Origin: a virus
IMG/VR virus record: IMGVR_UViG_3300035670_000069
Coordinates: 1-64,000 of that record
Reading direction: 5' to 3' (one strand)
Length of the DNA: 64,000 nucleotides
Part shown: in pieces, positions 47,958-58,292 of the stretch
How the letters are laid out: each line of letters starts with the position of its first letter
How positions within the stretch are numbered: the stretch's first letter is position 1
Notes under the pieces: generated by a model
The model's database searches: none
Told to the model about the DNA's origin: nothing
Seen by the model: the letters and a program-made list of their open reading frames with translations, nothing else
Program-made: the position numbers and the translations under genes

Positions 47958-48266
47958 GTGACCGATAAACAGAAGCGATTGGCTCTGTTAAGTAGGTTTG
48001 ATAAACACTATAAGTTTAAATTCGGACAGGCGCCAAAGTATAACAAGTGGGTAGAACAGTGGTCTGCTGATGCTTTAATAGAATCATATGGTCTCGATGG
48101 TTGTTATGAATTGTTAGAATATTATTTTGAAGTTACGGAAAATCCAACCTGGAATCATTTCTCATATATAGCACATGATATACTGGAAGCAATACAGGCA
48201 CAAAGCAAAGATTTAAAAGAAAGACTAGAGCGTAGACAGAAGGCAAAGGAATGGCTAAGTGAATAA
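47958..48266 (+). CDS. Hypothetical protein (possible helicase loader)
   Basis: Overlaps the dnaB start; function inferred from position only. Confidence 0.45.
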   Translation: MTDKQKRLALLSRFDKHYKFKFGQAPKYNKWVEQWSADALIESYGLDGCYELLEYYFEVTENPTWNHFSYIAHDILEAIQAQSKDLKERLERRQKAKEWLSE

Positions 48267-49485
48267 TACAGAGTCTAAGTTAATATCAGCCGTCCTTAAA
48301 GATAAGCAAGCACATGTAATGCTTCAGGCCAACGTCGATGGAATATTAAAAACTCACTTAGATGTATGGCAGTTTATTAGAAAATACTATGAGACTAATG
48401 GGACAGTTCCGCCAACAGATCTGGTGGTTGAAAAGTTTAGGGACTTTGAGCCAGCAGATGGTGTAGGTGCCACCAAACATCATCTTGAAGAGTTACAGTC
48501 TGAATATTTAGTAAATAGTTTAAAAGATATCATTCGTGCTGCAGCAACAGATGTTCAGGGTGGTTTGGGAGTAGAGGCGCTAGAGACATTAATTACTAAA
48601 ACTGCAGAATTAAGAAAAAATACTGCAGCAATTAGGGACATTGATGTAACAGATTTAGACTCTGCAATCGGGTATTTTGAAAATCTAAAAAAACAACAAG
48701 AGGCTGGTGCACTTGGAATTAAAACTGGCTTGCCAGGATTTGACAACTATTTACCATCTGGAATCATGCCAGGACAGTTAGGAGTTTTTCTTGCATATCC
48801 AGGCATAGGAAAGTCATGGCTGTCTCTCTATTTCGCCGTACAGGCTTGGAAACAGGGTCGTAGCCCAATGATCATAAGCCTTGAGATGTCTGAGGTTGAA
48901 GTTAGAAATCGTGTCTTTGCTATTATGGGCGAAGGAGTTTGGTCACATAGAAAATTAAGTGCTGGACAGATTGAACTAGATATGCTTAAGTCGTGGCACG
49001 AAAAACATGTTAAGGGTAAGCCAGAGTTTCATATTATATCTAATGATACAGGTGGAGACATTACTCCTTTAGTTTTAAGGGGAAAGATAGATCAATATAA
49101 ACCAGATTTTGTTATTGTAGATTACCTACAACTTATGTCTCCAAACCAAAAGTCTGATAATGAAACGATTAGAATGAAAAATTTATCTCGTGAACTAAAG
49201 TTAATGGCAATTTCAGAAGAAGTTCCTATTATTGCTATTTCTTCTGCTACTCCTGATGATGTAACTAAACTTGAAACCGTTCCAACTCTTGGTCAAACTG
49301 CATGGTCAAGACAGATTGCCTACGATGCTGACTGGGTATTAGCATTAGGTCGTGGCACAAATAGTGATATTATAGAGTGTGTTTTTAGAAAGAATCGTAA
49401 TGGTTTTATGGGAGAATTCTTAGTCCAGGCCGATTTTGATAAGGGATATTACAGATATAAAGATTATGAAGATAAGTCAGTATAA
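48259..49485 (+). CDS. dnaB: Replicative DnaB-like helicase
   Basis: AYPGIGKS Walker A, SLEMS, VIVDYLQLM, SRELKLMA, IAYDAD, KNRNG. Confidence 0.95.
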   Translation: MNNTESKLISAVLKDKQAHVMLQANVDGILKTHLDVWQFIRKYYETNGTVPPTDLVVEKFRDFEPADGVGATKHHLEELQSEYLVNSLKDIIRAAATDVQGGLGVEALETLITKTAELRKNTAAIRDIDVTDLDSAIGYFENLKKQQEAGALGIKTGLPGFDNYLPSGIMPGQLGVFLAYPGIGKSWLSLYFAVQAWKQGRSPMIISLEMSEVEVRNRVFAIMGEGVWSHRKLSAGQIELDMLKSWHEKHVKGKPEFHIISNDTGGDITPLVLRGKIDQYKPDFVIVDYLQLMSPNQKSDNETIRMKNLSRELKLMAISEEVPIIAISSATPDDVTKLETVPTLGQTAWSRQIAYDADWVLALGRGTNSDIIECVFRKNRNGFMGEFLVQADFDKGYYRYKDYEDKSV

Positions 49486-49493
49486 TATGTTCC

Positions 49494-49820
49494 ATGGAAA
49501 TGTATCAGCACAAGCCTATAAAAAGGTTTGGTTTGGATGGGGTAATTTATGATGACTCATCCATATATAGATTACAGCAAGAATATATTAGGCTTGTTGT
49601 TATGGAAATGCGTCTATCTGGATATGTTCCAAGACTTGACATTGATCCACAATTTACGATAGAATATAATGAGAATAAAAACACATATAACTTTACATTA
49701 AGCATATATGGAATATATACAGGGAGAAAAAAGAGCGAATGTATAATAGGGATAGACGGAACGAGACCAATATATACACAGCCAATCAAATTAAAAGAGT
49801 ACTCGCAGGATCTGGCATAA
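49494..49820 (+). CDS. Hypothetical protein
   Basis: 108-aa ORF between helicase and primase; TATAAT 7 nt upstream. Confidence 0.6.
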   Translation: MEMYQHKPIKRFGLDGVIYDDSSIYRLQQEYIRLVVMEMRLSGYVPRLDIDPQFTIEYNENKNTYNFTLSIYGIYTGRKKSECIIGIDGTRPIYTQPIKLKEYSQDLA

Positions 49821-50683
49821 CTGTTGAAAAAGAAACAGAGTCAGAGTATATAGTATTTTGTCCCTTTCATTCAAATCACAGAACCCCTGCTGGAGAAATA
49901 AATAAGTTTTCTGGATTATTTTTTTGTTTTTCATGTAGCAAAACTGCAGACCTAATTGAACTTGTCATGCATTTTTCTAATAGAACATATTTTGAATCTA
50001 TAAGATTTATTAAGAGTAAAGAGGTAGAGATAGATATAATTGCTGACATTTCTTCAAAGTTAAAAGATAAAGAAGAGTGGTCTGAATTTGATAGTAATAC
50101 AATTAATAGGCTATGCGATCAGGCAATACACAGTGCTAGGGCAGTTGATTATTTTAAGATTAGAAAAATCTCTTTAGACTCAATCAAAAACTTTAAACTT
50201 GGTTATTCAGAAACACAAGATATGGTAACTGTGCCAGTTCATAATCATGAGGGGGTATGTGTTGGATTTGTTGCAAGATCTATTGAGGGAAAAGATTTTA
50301 AGAATACTCCAGGTTTGCCAAAATCTAAAATATTATTTAATTTAAATCGTGTAAAAAATGCCAGCAGGGTCTATGTTGTAGAATCCTCTTTTGATGCTAT
50401 TAGGCTTGACCAAGTTGGTATGCCAGCAGTAGCAACTCTTGGCGCTAATATATCGTTAAAGCAAACTGATTTGCTTAAAAGGTACTTTAGTGATATAATA
50501 ATTATTGCTGATAATGATGAGGCTGGGGGTAACATGAAAGACAAAATAATCGAAAGATTAGGCTCAAGTGTTACTGTTGTAAATATAGACAAGCAGTACA
50601 AAGATATTGGCGATATGGAAGATAAGTCAATAAAAGAACTGGATTTACAGTTTGACAAATCAATAGTTTCCATGCTAAACTAG
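49739..50683 (+). CDS. dnaG: DNA primase (CHC2 zinc finger plus TOPRIM)
   Basis: CPFH...CFSC, VVESSFDA, ATLG, DNDEAG, KDIGD. Confidence 0.92.
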   Translation: MYNRDRRNETNIYTANQIKRVLAGSGITVEKETESEYIVFCPFHSNHRTPAGEINKFSGLFFCFSCSKTADLIELVMHFSNRTYFESIRFIKSKEVEIDIIADISSKLKDKEEWSEFDSNTINRLCDQAIHSARAVDYFKIRKISLDSIKNFKLGYSETQDMVTVPVHNHEGVCVGFVARSIEGKDFKNTPGLPKSKILFNLNRVKNASRVYVVESSFDAIRLDQVGMPAVATLGANISLKQTDLLKRYFSDIIIIADNDEAGGNMKDKIIERLGSSVTVVNIDKQYKDIGDMEDKSIKELDLQFDKSIVSMLN

Positions 50684-50702
50684 AAAAAACAAAGGAGAAA
50701 AA

Positions 50703-51362
50703 ATGAGCGTTATTAAAGGACTAAAGAATATCAATGCCTTGCTCGATAAGAAAAATGATGAAGGCGCACCAAAGGTAAAGTGGCTAAAGTTGGCAGATGG
50801 TCAGTCTGTAAAGATTAGATTCATCGAAGAATTAGACGAAGACTCTGCACACTACAATGCAGATCGTGGACTTGCTCTTGTTGTTAAAGAGCATACAAAT
50901 CCAAAAGATTATAAGCGTAAGGCTGTAGATACAATGGATGCTGAGGGTCGTGACTGGGCAGAGGAAATGTACCGAAAAGATCCAAAGGGAAATAGCGGAT
51001 GGCGTGGCCGTCTTCGTTTCTATTGCAACGTTTTGGTTGATGACGGAATTGAGTCACCATATGTGGCAATTTGGTCAATGGGTGTAAGTAAGCAATCAGC
51101 ATTTAATACTATTCGTGAATATGCACTTGAGACTGGAAGCATTTCTAATCTTCAGTGGAAGTTAAAGCGAAACGGTCAGGGAACAGAAACATCATATACC
51201 CTTATCCCATCTGCTCCAGACAAGGAGCCTTTTACATGGGAAGGTATTGAACCATATCCACTAGAGAAGGCATTACGTCGTGTGCCTTATGCAGAACAAG
51301 AAGCGTTCTATCTAGGATTTGATTCTCCATCTACTACATCAGCGACTAACATCGACTGGTAG
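50703..51362 (+). CDS. Putative single-stranded DNA-binding protein
   Basis: WLKLADGQSVKIRF, KLKRNGQGTETSYTLIP, flexible tail ending IDW; lies between primase and polymerase. Confidence 0.7.
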   Translation: MSVIKGLKNINALLDKKNDEGAPKVKWLKLADGQSVKIRFIEELDEDSAHYNADRGLALVVKEHTNPKDYKRKAVDTMDAEGRDWAEEMYRKDPKGNSGWRGRLRFYCNVLVDDGIESPYVAIWSMGVSKQSAFNTIREYALETGSISNLQWKLKRNGQGTETSYTLIPSAPDKEPFTWEGIEPYPLEKALRRVPYAEQEAFYLGFDSPSTTSATNIDW

Positions 51363-51365
51363 TAG

Positions 51366-54300
51366 ATGAACTACGTCCCATTACATTTACATACTCACTT
51401 TTCATTATTCGATGGTATTGGGTTGCCATCTGAATATGTTGAACGTGCTACAAAGTTGGGCATGCCTGCAATAGCGATTACTGATCATGGCTCACTTTCT
51501 GGTCATAGAGAAATGTATCGTGTTGCTAAATCTAATGGGATAAAGCCTATTCTTGGCATAGAAGGGTACATGTGCGAAGATAGATTTGATCAGCGAGATA
51601 AAGCAGATCGAACTACTCCACTTGATATGGTTTATAATCATATTATCCTTCTTGCCAAGAATAAACAGGGATTAGAAAATCTTAATAAATTAAATGAAAT
51701 AGCATGGACAGAAGGCTATTATAAAAAACCAAGAATAGATTTTGAGATTCTCTCAAAGTATAAAGAAGGAATTATTGTTTCATCTGCTTGCCCAAGTGGA
51801 ATTATTGCCAAGTCAATCGAACTTGGCGAACTTGGCATGGCAAAAAAATATATTAAATGGTTTAAAGAAGAGTTTGGCGATGACTATTACCTTGAGGTAA
51901 TGCCACACAATAATGAATCAATAAATAGTACCATATTACAACTAGCAGACGAGTTTAAGATTAAGCCTATAGTTACTCCAGACTGCCACCATGTTGATTC
52001 ATCACAAAAAGAAATACAAGAATTAAAATTAATTCTAAATACTTATTCTAATAAGATTCAAAAAGATGCTACATATGAGAAGTCGAAAAAGCAAGGGGAT
52101 CTAATGAAACGCCTTGACTATCTATATGGTGCAGATAGGCAAATGTCATTTAATAAGTTTGATATTCATTTGTTGTCATATGAAGAAATCCAGGCTGCTA
52201 TGGAAAAACAAGCAATTTTCAGAACAGATATTTACGAAAACACAATTGACCTTGCCAACAAGATTGAAGACTATGATATTAAAGATAATCTAAATCTATT
52301 ACCTGTTCAATACAAAAATCCAGACAAGCAATTGTCAGATCTTGCTTATCAAGGATTAAAAGATAAAGGCCTTGCAGATAATAAAGAATATATAGATAGG
52401 CTTGAAGAAGAACTAAAGGTTATCAAAGATAAAAAATTTGGTCCATACTTTCTTGTTGTTCAAAGTATGATATCTTGGGCTAAAAAAGAGGGGATTATGG
52501 TAGGCCCAGGCCGTGGATCGTCTGCTGGATCCTTGCTCTGCTACACCCTTGGAATTACAGATATTGATCCAATAGAGAACGGTCTTTTGTTTTTTCGATT
52601 TATTAACCCAGAGCGTAATGACTTTCCTGATATTGATACAGACATTCAAGATACACGTCGTGATGAAGTAAAAGACTACTTAATAAGACAGTACAAGCAT
52701 GTTGCTTCTATTGCAACATTTTTAGAATTTAAAGATAAAGGCGTAGTGCGAGATGTTGCTCGTGCTTTAAATATTCCATTGGCAGATGTTAACAAGGTTC
52801 TTAAGTTGGTTGACACTTGGGATGAATACTGCACTTCAAAAACAACTGCATGGTTTAGAGAGAAATATCCAGAGGTAGAACAATATGGAGAACAATTACG
52901 TGGTCGTATTAGAGGTACTGGCATACACGCTGCTGGTGTTGTCACTAGTAAAAATCCTATTTTTAGGTACGCACCGTTGGAGACACGCTCTTCTCCTGGT
53001 TCCGATGACCGCATACCTGTTGTGGCGGTGGACATGGAAGAGGCTGAAAAAATCGGGCTTATCAAGATAGATGCCCTTGGTCTTAAGACTCTTAGTGTTA
53101 TTAATGATACATTAAAAATTATTAAAGAAAGAGAGGGCACATCTATAGACTTGCTTAATATAGATATGTCTGATCAAAAGGTTTATCAAATGCTTTCAGA
53201 AGGATATACAAAGGGAGTCTTTCAGTGTGAAGCAACACCATATACCAACCTTTTGGTAAAGATGGGCGTAAAGAGTTTAGCAGAACTTTCAGCATCAAAT
53301 GCGCTTGTTCGTCCAGGAGCAATGAATACTATTGGGAAAGACTATATTGATCGTAAGCACGGCAGACAGGCGGTAAATTACCTTCATCAGACCATGAAGC
53401 CTTTCACAGAAGAAACATATGGGTGTATCCTATACCAAGAGCAGGTTATGCAGGCTTGCGTCGAGTTGGGAGGGATGTCTTGGTCTGAAGCCGATAAGGT
53501 TCGTAAGATTATTGGTAAAAAGAAAGATGCGAGAGAATTTGATGCGTTCCAGGAACAGTTTGTTAAAGGTGCTTCTAGGTTTATTAGTCCTAACCAGGCT
53601 CGTGATTTATGGCATGACTTTGAAGCGCATGCGGGATATTCGTTCAACAAGAGTCATGCGGTTGCTTATTCTACGCTCTCGTATTGGACGGCATGGCTAA
53701 AATACTATTATCCAATTGAGTTTATGTATTCACTATTAAAAAATGAAAAGGACAAAGATGCACGAACTGAATATCTTATTGAAGCGAAAAGAATGGGGAT
53801 TAGCATTAAACTACCTCATGTTAATGATTCGGATATTGATTTTAAGATTGAGGGTAAAGGTATTCGGTTTGGACTCTCAGGGATCAAGTTTATCTCTGAT
53901 AAGATTGCAGAACGATATATATCAGCACGACCTTTTAAGTCTTTTGAGGAACTTAGAGAGTTTACATTCACAAAAGGTAATGGAGTAAACAGCAGAGCCT
54001 TAGAAGCATTGAGACTTATAGGTGCTGCAACATTTCCAGATAATCCAAGAAATGATAATGAAATTAGAGATAATCTATATGAGTATCTAGGATTACCTGA
54101 ATTTACTCAAACTGTTCCATCACACTATCATGCATTTATTAATCCAGTAGAAGATTTCGAAGAAAAAGGTTCGTTTATTCTTATGGGTATGGTTAAGGGA
54201 ATTAAACGAGGCAAGGGTTGGTCTCGTGTAGAGATATTAGATAAGACTGGAAGCATAGGAGTATTTGATGAAGAGCAAACAACAATTGAGGCTGGACGAA

Positions 54301-54641
54301 GTTATATTGCACTCTGTTCTGATAATAGAATTGTTAGTGCTGTTCCTGTAGATGAAATAAAAGGATCAGACTCTGCCTTAATTAAATTCTTAAATTATAG
54401 AATGTTGCCATACAAAGACGATGAACTTTTTGTGGTATCATTTAAGCCTAGAATAACTAAAGCAGGAAAGAAGATGGCTTCATTAACATTAGCAGATACA
54501 TCAAGAGAACTTCATCCTGTAACTGTATTTCCTACAGCATTTGCTAAAGCATATATGAAAATTGAAGAGGGTAATGCATATAAATTTGAATTAGGAAAAA
54601 CAAAAGACGGAACTGTTATATTGGAGGATATAAATGTTTGA
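51366..54641 (+). CDS. dnaE: DNA polymerase III alpha subunit (family C)
   Basis: PHP motifs (HLHTHFS, TDHG, DCHH), GPGRGSSAGS, PDIDTD, GIHAAG, KIDALGL, YSFNKSHA. Confidence 0.97.
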   Translation: MNYVPLHLHTHFSLFDGIGLPSEYVERATKLGMPAIAITDHGSLSGHREMYRVAKSNGIKPILGIEGYMCEDRFDQRDKADRTTPLDMVYNHIILLAKNKQGLENLNKLNEIAWTEGYYKKPRIDFEILSKYKEGIIVSSACPSGIIAKSIELGELGMAKKYIKWFKEEFGDDYYLEVMPHNNESINSTILQLADEFKIKPIVTPDCHHVDSSQKEIQELKLILNTYSNKIQKDATYEKSKKQGDLMKRLDYLYGADRQMSFNKFDIHLLSYEEIQAAMEKQAIFRTDIYENTIDLANKIEDYDIKDNLNLLPVQYKNPDKQLSDLAYQGLKDKGLADNKEYIDRLEEELKVIKDKKFGPYFLVVQSMISWAKKEGIMVGPGRGSSAGSLLCYTLGITDIDPIENGLLFFRFINPERNDFPDIDTDIQDTRRDEVKDYLIRQYKHVASIATFLEFKDKGVVRDVARALNIPLADVNKVLKLVDTWDEYCTSKTTAWFREKYPEVEQYGEQLRGRIRGTGIHAAGVVTSKNPIFRYAPLETRSSPGSDDRIPVVAVDMEEAEKIGLIKIDALGLKTLSVINDTLKIIKEREGTSIDLLNIDMSDQKVYQMLSEGYTKGVFQCEATPYTNLLVKMGVKSLAELSASNALVRPGAMNTIGKDYIDRKHGRQAVNYLHQTMKPFTEETYGCILYQEQVMQACVELGGMSWSEADKVRKIIGKKKDAREFDAFQEQFVKGASRFISPNQARDLWHDFEAHAGYSFNKSHAVAYSTLSYWTAWLKYYYPIEFMYSLLKNEKDKDARTEYLIEAKRMGISIKLPHVNDSDIDFKIEGKGIRFGLSGIKFISDKIAERYISARPFKSFEELREFTFTKGNGVNSRALEALRLIGAATFPDNPRNDNEIRDNLYEYLGLPEFTQTVPSHYHAFINPVEDFEEKGSFILMGMVKGIKRGKGWSRVEILDKTGSIGVFDEEQTTIEAGRSYIALCSDNRIVSAVPVDEIKGSDSALIKFLNYRMLPYKDDELFVVSFKPRITKAGKKMASLTLADTSRELHPVTVFPTAFAKAYMKIEEGNAYKFELGKTKDGTVILEDINV

Positions 54642-54951
54642 TGAGTTGGCAGAAGAAATACATAAAAACGCTATAGATAAAGGATTTTGGGATAGAACTG
54701 TAGATCCAATTTTTATAGCAAAACAGATGATGATGATTGTTTCTGAGGTATCAGAGGCAATGGAAGCGCTTCGTAAGGAGATGGATCCAGAGCAAATATC
54801 AGATGAGTTTGCAGATATTCTTATCCGTACCTTAGATTTATACGCAGGCATAGCAGAAGCAGGGTATGTAACAAAATCATTAGACTATGCAGTAAAAGAA
54901 AAGATGGAGAAGAACTCTAAAAGACCAATGAGGCATGGGGTGAGATTCTAA
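54634..54951 (+). CDS. MazG-like nucleotide pyrophosphohydrolase
   Basis: SEVSEAMEA...DEFADILIR.LD. Confidence 0.85.
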   Translation: MFDELAEEIHKNAIDKGFWDRTVDPIFIAKQMMMIVSEVSEAMEALRKEMDPEQISDEFADILIRTLDLYAGIAEAGYVTKSLDYAVKEKMEKNSKRPMRHGVRF

Positions 54952-55964
54952 TGACAGTTTCAGTAGAAGATGTAATTGCTCAACTTAATCCAAAGTTAAG
55001 AAAAAGCATATTAGTTGGAGATGCTGTTCCTAAAACAGAGTATGCTCCAACGCCAAGTTATGGATTAAATAGAGCACTAAATGGTGGTCTTCCGTATGGA
55101 CGCCAAGTTCTTATTTGGGGAAGCAAATCTAGCGCAAAGTCTTCTCTATGTTTGCAAACAATAGGTCTCGCACAAAAAGAAGGAAAGATCTGCGCTTGGA
55201 TTGATGCAGAAATGTCTTATGACAAAGCATGGGCAGAAAGTCTTGGCGTTGACACCTCAAAGTTAATTGTTTCACAGGCAAGAACAATTAATGAGATGGT
55301 TGAGGTTGGGGTTAGTTTAATCGAGGCGGGAGTAGATATAATTGTTATTGATTCTATAACATCACTGCTTCCAGCGATATATTTTGAAAAAGATTCTGAT
55401 GAATTAAAGGCTCTTGAAAACACAAAACAGATTGGCGCAGAATCTAGAGATTTTAGTAATGCTTGGAAAATGCTTAACTATGCAAATAATAAAGTTAAGC
55501 CTACACTATTAATACTTATTTCTCAGTCTCGTAATAATATTAATGCAATGTATACTAGCCAGCAACCAACTGGTGGTCAGGCTACAAAGTTTTACTCATC
55601 TACAGTTGTTAAGTTGTTTTCTTCTGAATCAGATAACCAAGCCTTGAAGGGAAAGATATATGTTGGCGACAAGGCTATTGAAGAAAAGGTTGGAAGAAAA
55701 GTTAGATGGGAACTCCAGTTTAGTAAAACCAGTCCTGCCTTTCAGTCTGGTGAATATGATTTCTATTTTAGAGGCGATAACCTGGGCATCGATGGGGTCG
55801 CTGATCTTGTTGATACTGCTGAGTTAATGGGTATAGTTGAACGTACTGGCGCTTGGTATTTGCTTCCAGATGGCTCAAAGGTTCAGGGTAGAGAAGGATT
55901 TGTCAATAGAGTAAGAGAGGACCTTGATCTACAAGACATGATTAAGAACAAAATCAGTGGATAA
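54951..55964 (+). CDS. recA: RecA-family recombinase
   Basis: LNGGLPYGR, GSKSSAKS, AWIDAE, VIDSI, SQ.R, PTGG.A.KFYSS, GAWY. Confidence 0.93.
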   Translation: MTVSVEDVIAQLNPKLRKSILVGDAVPKTEYAPTPSYGLNRALNGGLPYGRQVLIWGSKSSAKSSLCLQTIGLAQKEGKICAWIDAEMSYDKAWAESLGVDTSKLIVSQARTINEMVEVGVSLIEAGVDIIVIDSITSLLPAIYFEKDSDELKALENTKQIGAESRDFSNAWKMLNYANNKVKPTLLILISQSRNNINAMYTSQQPTGGQATKFYSSTVVKLFSSESDNQALKGKIYVGDKAIEEKVGRKVRWELQFSKTSPAFQSGEYDFYFRGDNLGIDGVADLVDTAELMGIVERTGAWYLLPDGSKVQGREGFVNRVREDLDLQDMIKNKISG

Positions 55965-56142
55965 GTATACAATTTACGAAGGTCAGTTTCCTTGTAAAGT
56001 ATGTAAGAAAGAGGTTAGAACAATAAGACTGTATGCAAAAACTGGAATGGCTTCTTGGATGTGTCCAGACAAACATTTATCAGAGGTGTTATTATTTAAA
56101 GTAGGTTATAAAAAGAAGCAGGGCAATGAGCGAAAAGAGTGA
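55957..56142 (+). CDS. Small zinc-finger protein
   Basis: CKVC...CPDKH. Confidence 0.6.
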   Translation: MDKYTIYEGQFPCKVCKKEVRTIRLYAKTGMASWMCPDKHLSEVLLFKVGYKKKQGNERKE

Positions 56143-56425
56143 AAGTAAAAGATTAGGTGCTAGTCAGCATAAAAACTCTGGAAGAAATACCAAAAAGGGT
56201 GATGCTACTTGGCAAAACTTTACTGTAGATTTTAAAGAAGTCAAAAAATCATTTACCATTAATCAAGACATATGGGCAAAAGCAGTTACTGATGCAATTA
56301 AAAATAATAATGATCCAGCAGTAGTTTTAATTATTGGGGAGGGTAACAAAAAAATTAGACTTGCACTTTTAGAATTAGACTTATTAGAAAATATTTTGGG
56401 GTATAATAATGTATATGATAAATAA
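56126..56425 (+). CDS. PD-(D/E)xK Holliday-junction-resolvase-like nuclease
   Basis: E...LG...HKNSG...KGD...VDFKE..KSFTI. Confidence 0.7.
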   Translation: MSEKSESKRLGASQHKNSGRNTKKGDATWQNFTVDFKEVKKSFTINQDIWAKAVTDAIKNNNDPAVVLIIGEGNKKIRLALLELDLLENILGYNNVYDK

Positions 56426-57035
56426 TAAACTTAAAGATGTTTTTACGAAAAATGAAAGGGCTGAGATTTATTCCTCTATTAATAAAGAGTTGTCCTCAAG
56501 AGAAACTGTAGAGTGGGATGATGCCTCAATGGGGGGGACTCACAAAGAAAACCTTATAAGAATTAAAAGAAAAGGACTGGGCAGACTAGAGATTAACAAT
56601 CTTCCATTGCCAAATACAATTATTCAAAAAATATTTAGAATAAGCCAACAAATTTATCAGTTGGATGTTTCATACCCTAAAAATATAAGTGGAATTACCT
56701 ATGTAGAATATAATCCAAAATATGGAGAGCCAGTTTTAAATGTTCATAAAGATAACGGCACATGCGGATTAATATTAGACTATCAATTAGAATCTAATAC
56801 ATCCTGGGAATTCGGAGTAGAAAAAACGCTTTATACTCTAGAAGATAATGAATTAATTGCAATGTACCCAATAACTCATTATCATTGGAGACCAAAAAAG
56901 GTTTGGAACGAGGGCGAATATATAAAATTAATATTTTTTGAATTCTTTACTCCAAAATTAGAAAAGTTAGAAGATGAAAGTTTAAAAAATGAAATTATAA
57001 ACTTTTCAAAGGAGTACTTACAAAATGAATTATAA
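56415..57035 (+). CDS. Putative 2OG-Fe(II) oxygenase, tandem paralog 1
   Basis: NVHKD...DYQLESN..W...HYHWR. Confidence 0.7.
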   Translation: MINNKLKDVFTKNERAEIYSSINKELSSRETVEWDDASMGGTHKENLIRIKRKGLGRLEINNLPLPNTIIQKIFRISQQIYQLDVSYPKNISGITYVEYNPKYGEPVLNVHKDNGTCGLILDYQLESNTSWEFGVEKTLYTLEDNELIAMYPITHYHWRPKKVWNEGEYIKLIFFEFFTPKLEKLEDESLKNEIINFSKEYLQNEL

Positions 57036-57681
57036 TGAATTTAAAAAAGACTCTGGTTTTGTAGAAAATGAAAACTTTAATCCTATTATTGTTAAAGATA
57101 TTTTTTCTGCAGATCAAATTAAAAGAATATATGATGCAGTTAATAATACCAAAATTGAAAATACTCATTTACAAAAATGGGCAGGACACAGGGCTTGGGA
57201 TACAAAATTTGATAAAGATATTGAAGACTCTATAACTGAAAAAGCAAAAGAGCATTTTGGAGATAATATATCGCTGTGCGGAGACTATTCATTTGCAAGA
57301 TATTCTCCAAGTTACGGATATGTATGTAAATTATTTCCACATTATGATACAAGAGACTACCAAAGAATTACATTTGACATTCAGTTAAATGCCTCAGAAG
57401 AATGGGCTATTGTTGTTGAGGGCAATCGTTATGTTCTTGAAAACAATCAAGCCTTAATGTTTGCTGGAACACAGCAGATACATTGGCGAGAGAACAAGCA
57501 AATTAACCAGGAGGCTTCTATAGACATGATATTTTGTCATCTTCAGTATGTTCCAAACAAAGAAATAGAAAATGGGCAAAATGAAATTTTAACAAAAAGG
57601 GCTAACTTTTTAATAGAAGAAACAGGCATTTCAAATGAAGAAATTGAAATAGGGTATAATATACTAGGAGGCAAATTATGA
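57025..57681 (+). CDS. Putative 2OG-Fe(II) oxygenase, tandem paralog 2
   Basis: LFPHYD...TFDIQL...NQALMFAGTQQIHWR. Confidence 0.75.
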   Translation: MNYNEFKKDSGFVENENFNPIIVKDIFSADQIKRIYDAVNNTKIENTHLQKWAGHRAWDTKFDKDIEDSITEKAKEHFGDNISLCGDYSFARYSPSYGYVCKLFPHYDTRDYQRITFDIQLNASEEWAIVVEGNRYVLENNQALMFAGTQQIHWRENKQINQEASIDMIFCHLQYVPNKEIENGQNEILTKRANFLIEETGISNEEIEIGYNILGGKL

Positions 57682-58292
57682 AATATGATGAAATAAATAC
57701 AGTAGTTGAGCAAGTTTTTACCAGTGATGAAATTAGTGATATCTATAAGGCAATAGAGAATAATGTTGGGGGAGACTTTGTAAAAGTACATTCTCAAGCC
57801 AATACATTTATTTCTTTACCAGAAAATATATTAAATAAGGTTAGAGATAAATCAAGAGAACTTTCAGGAAATAACAATTTAGAAATAACCGAATATTGTC
57901 ATGCAAGATATAACAATGTTACAAGTAATTGTGGACAGTTTCATTTTAAGCCATCCTTGTTCCCACACTATGATGAAACATTTAAGCAGCCTAGATTTAC
58001 TTTTGACTATCAACTTAATTCAAATATAGACTGGGCTTTAGTTGTTGAACCAGATAAAGAGTTTATCTTAAAAGATAACGAGGCTCTAACATTTAGCGGG
58101 ACACATCAAATACATTGGAGAAAACCTACACATTTTGAAGATGATCAATATGTAGAGATGTTATTCTTTCATTTATCTGATCCAAACTCTGGACCCAAGG
58201 GCGAGGATGTAAATAAAATTATGAATGAAAAAGCAAATTATTATAAAGAAATATTTTATGCAAATGGTGGATTTAGTAATTTGGATAAATAA
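57678..58292 (+). CDS. Putative 2OG-Fe(II) oxygenase, tandem paralog 3
   Basis: LFPHYD...TFDYQLNSNIDW...FSGTHQIHWR. Confidence 0.75.
   Translation: MKYDEINTVVEQVFTSDEISDIYKAIENNVGGDFVKVHSQANTFISLPENILNKVRDKSRELSGNNNLEITEYCHARYNNVTSNCGQFHFKPSLFPHYDETFKQPRFTFDYQLNSNIDWALVVEPDKEFILKDNEALTFSGTHQIHWRKPTHFEDDQYVEMLFFHLSDPNSGPKGEDVNKIMNEKANYYKEIFYANGGFSNLDK

Noticed and set aside
16022-54641. Selfish inteins or introns in NrdJ, DnaB or DnaE
   Set aside because: Lengths are normal and motifs are contiguous; the only Hint domains seen are in the fibre region.
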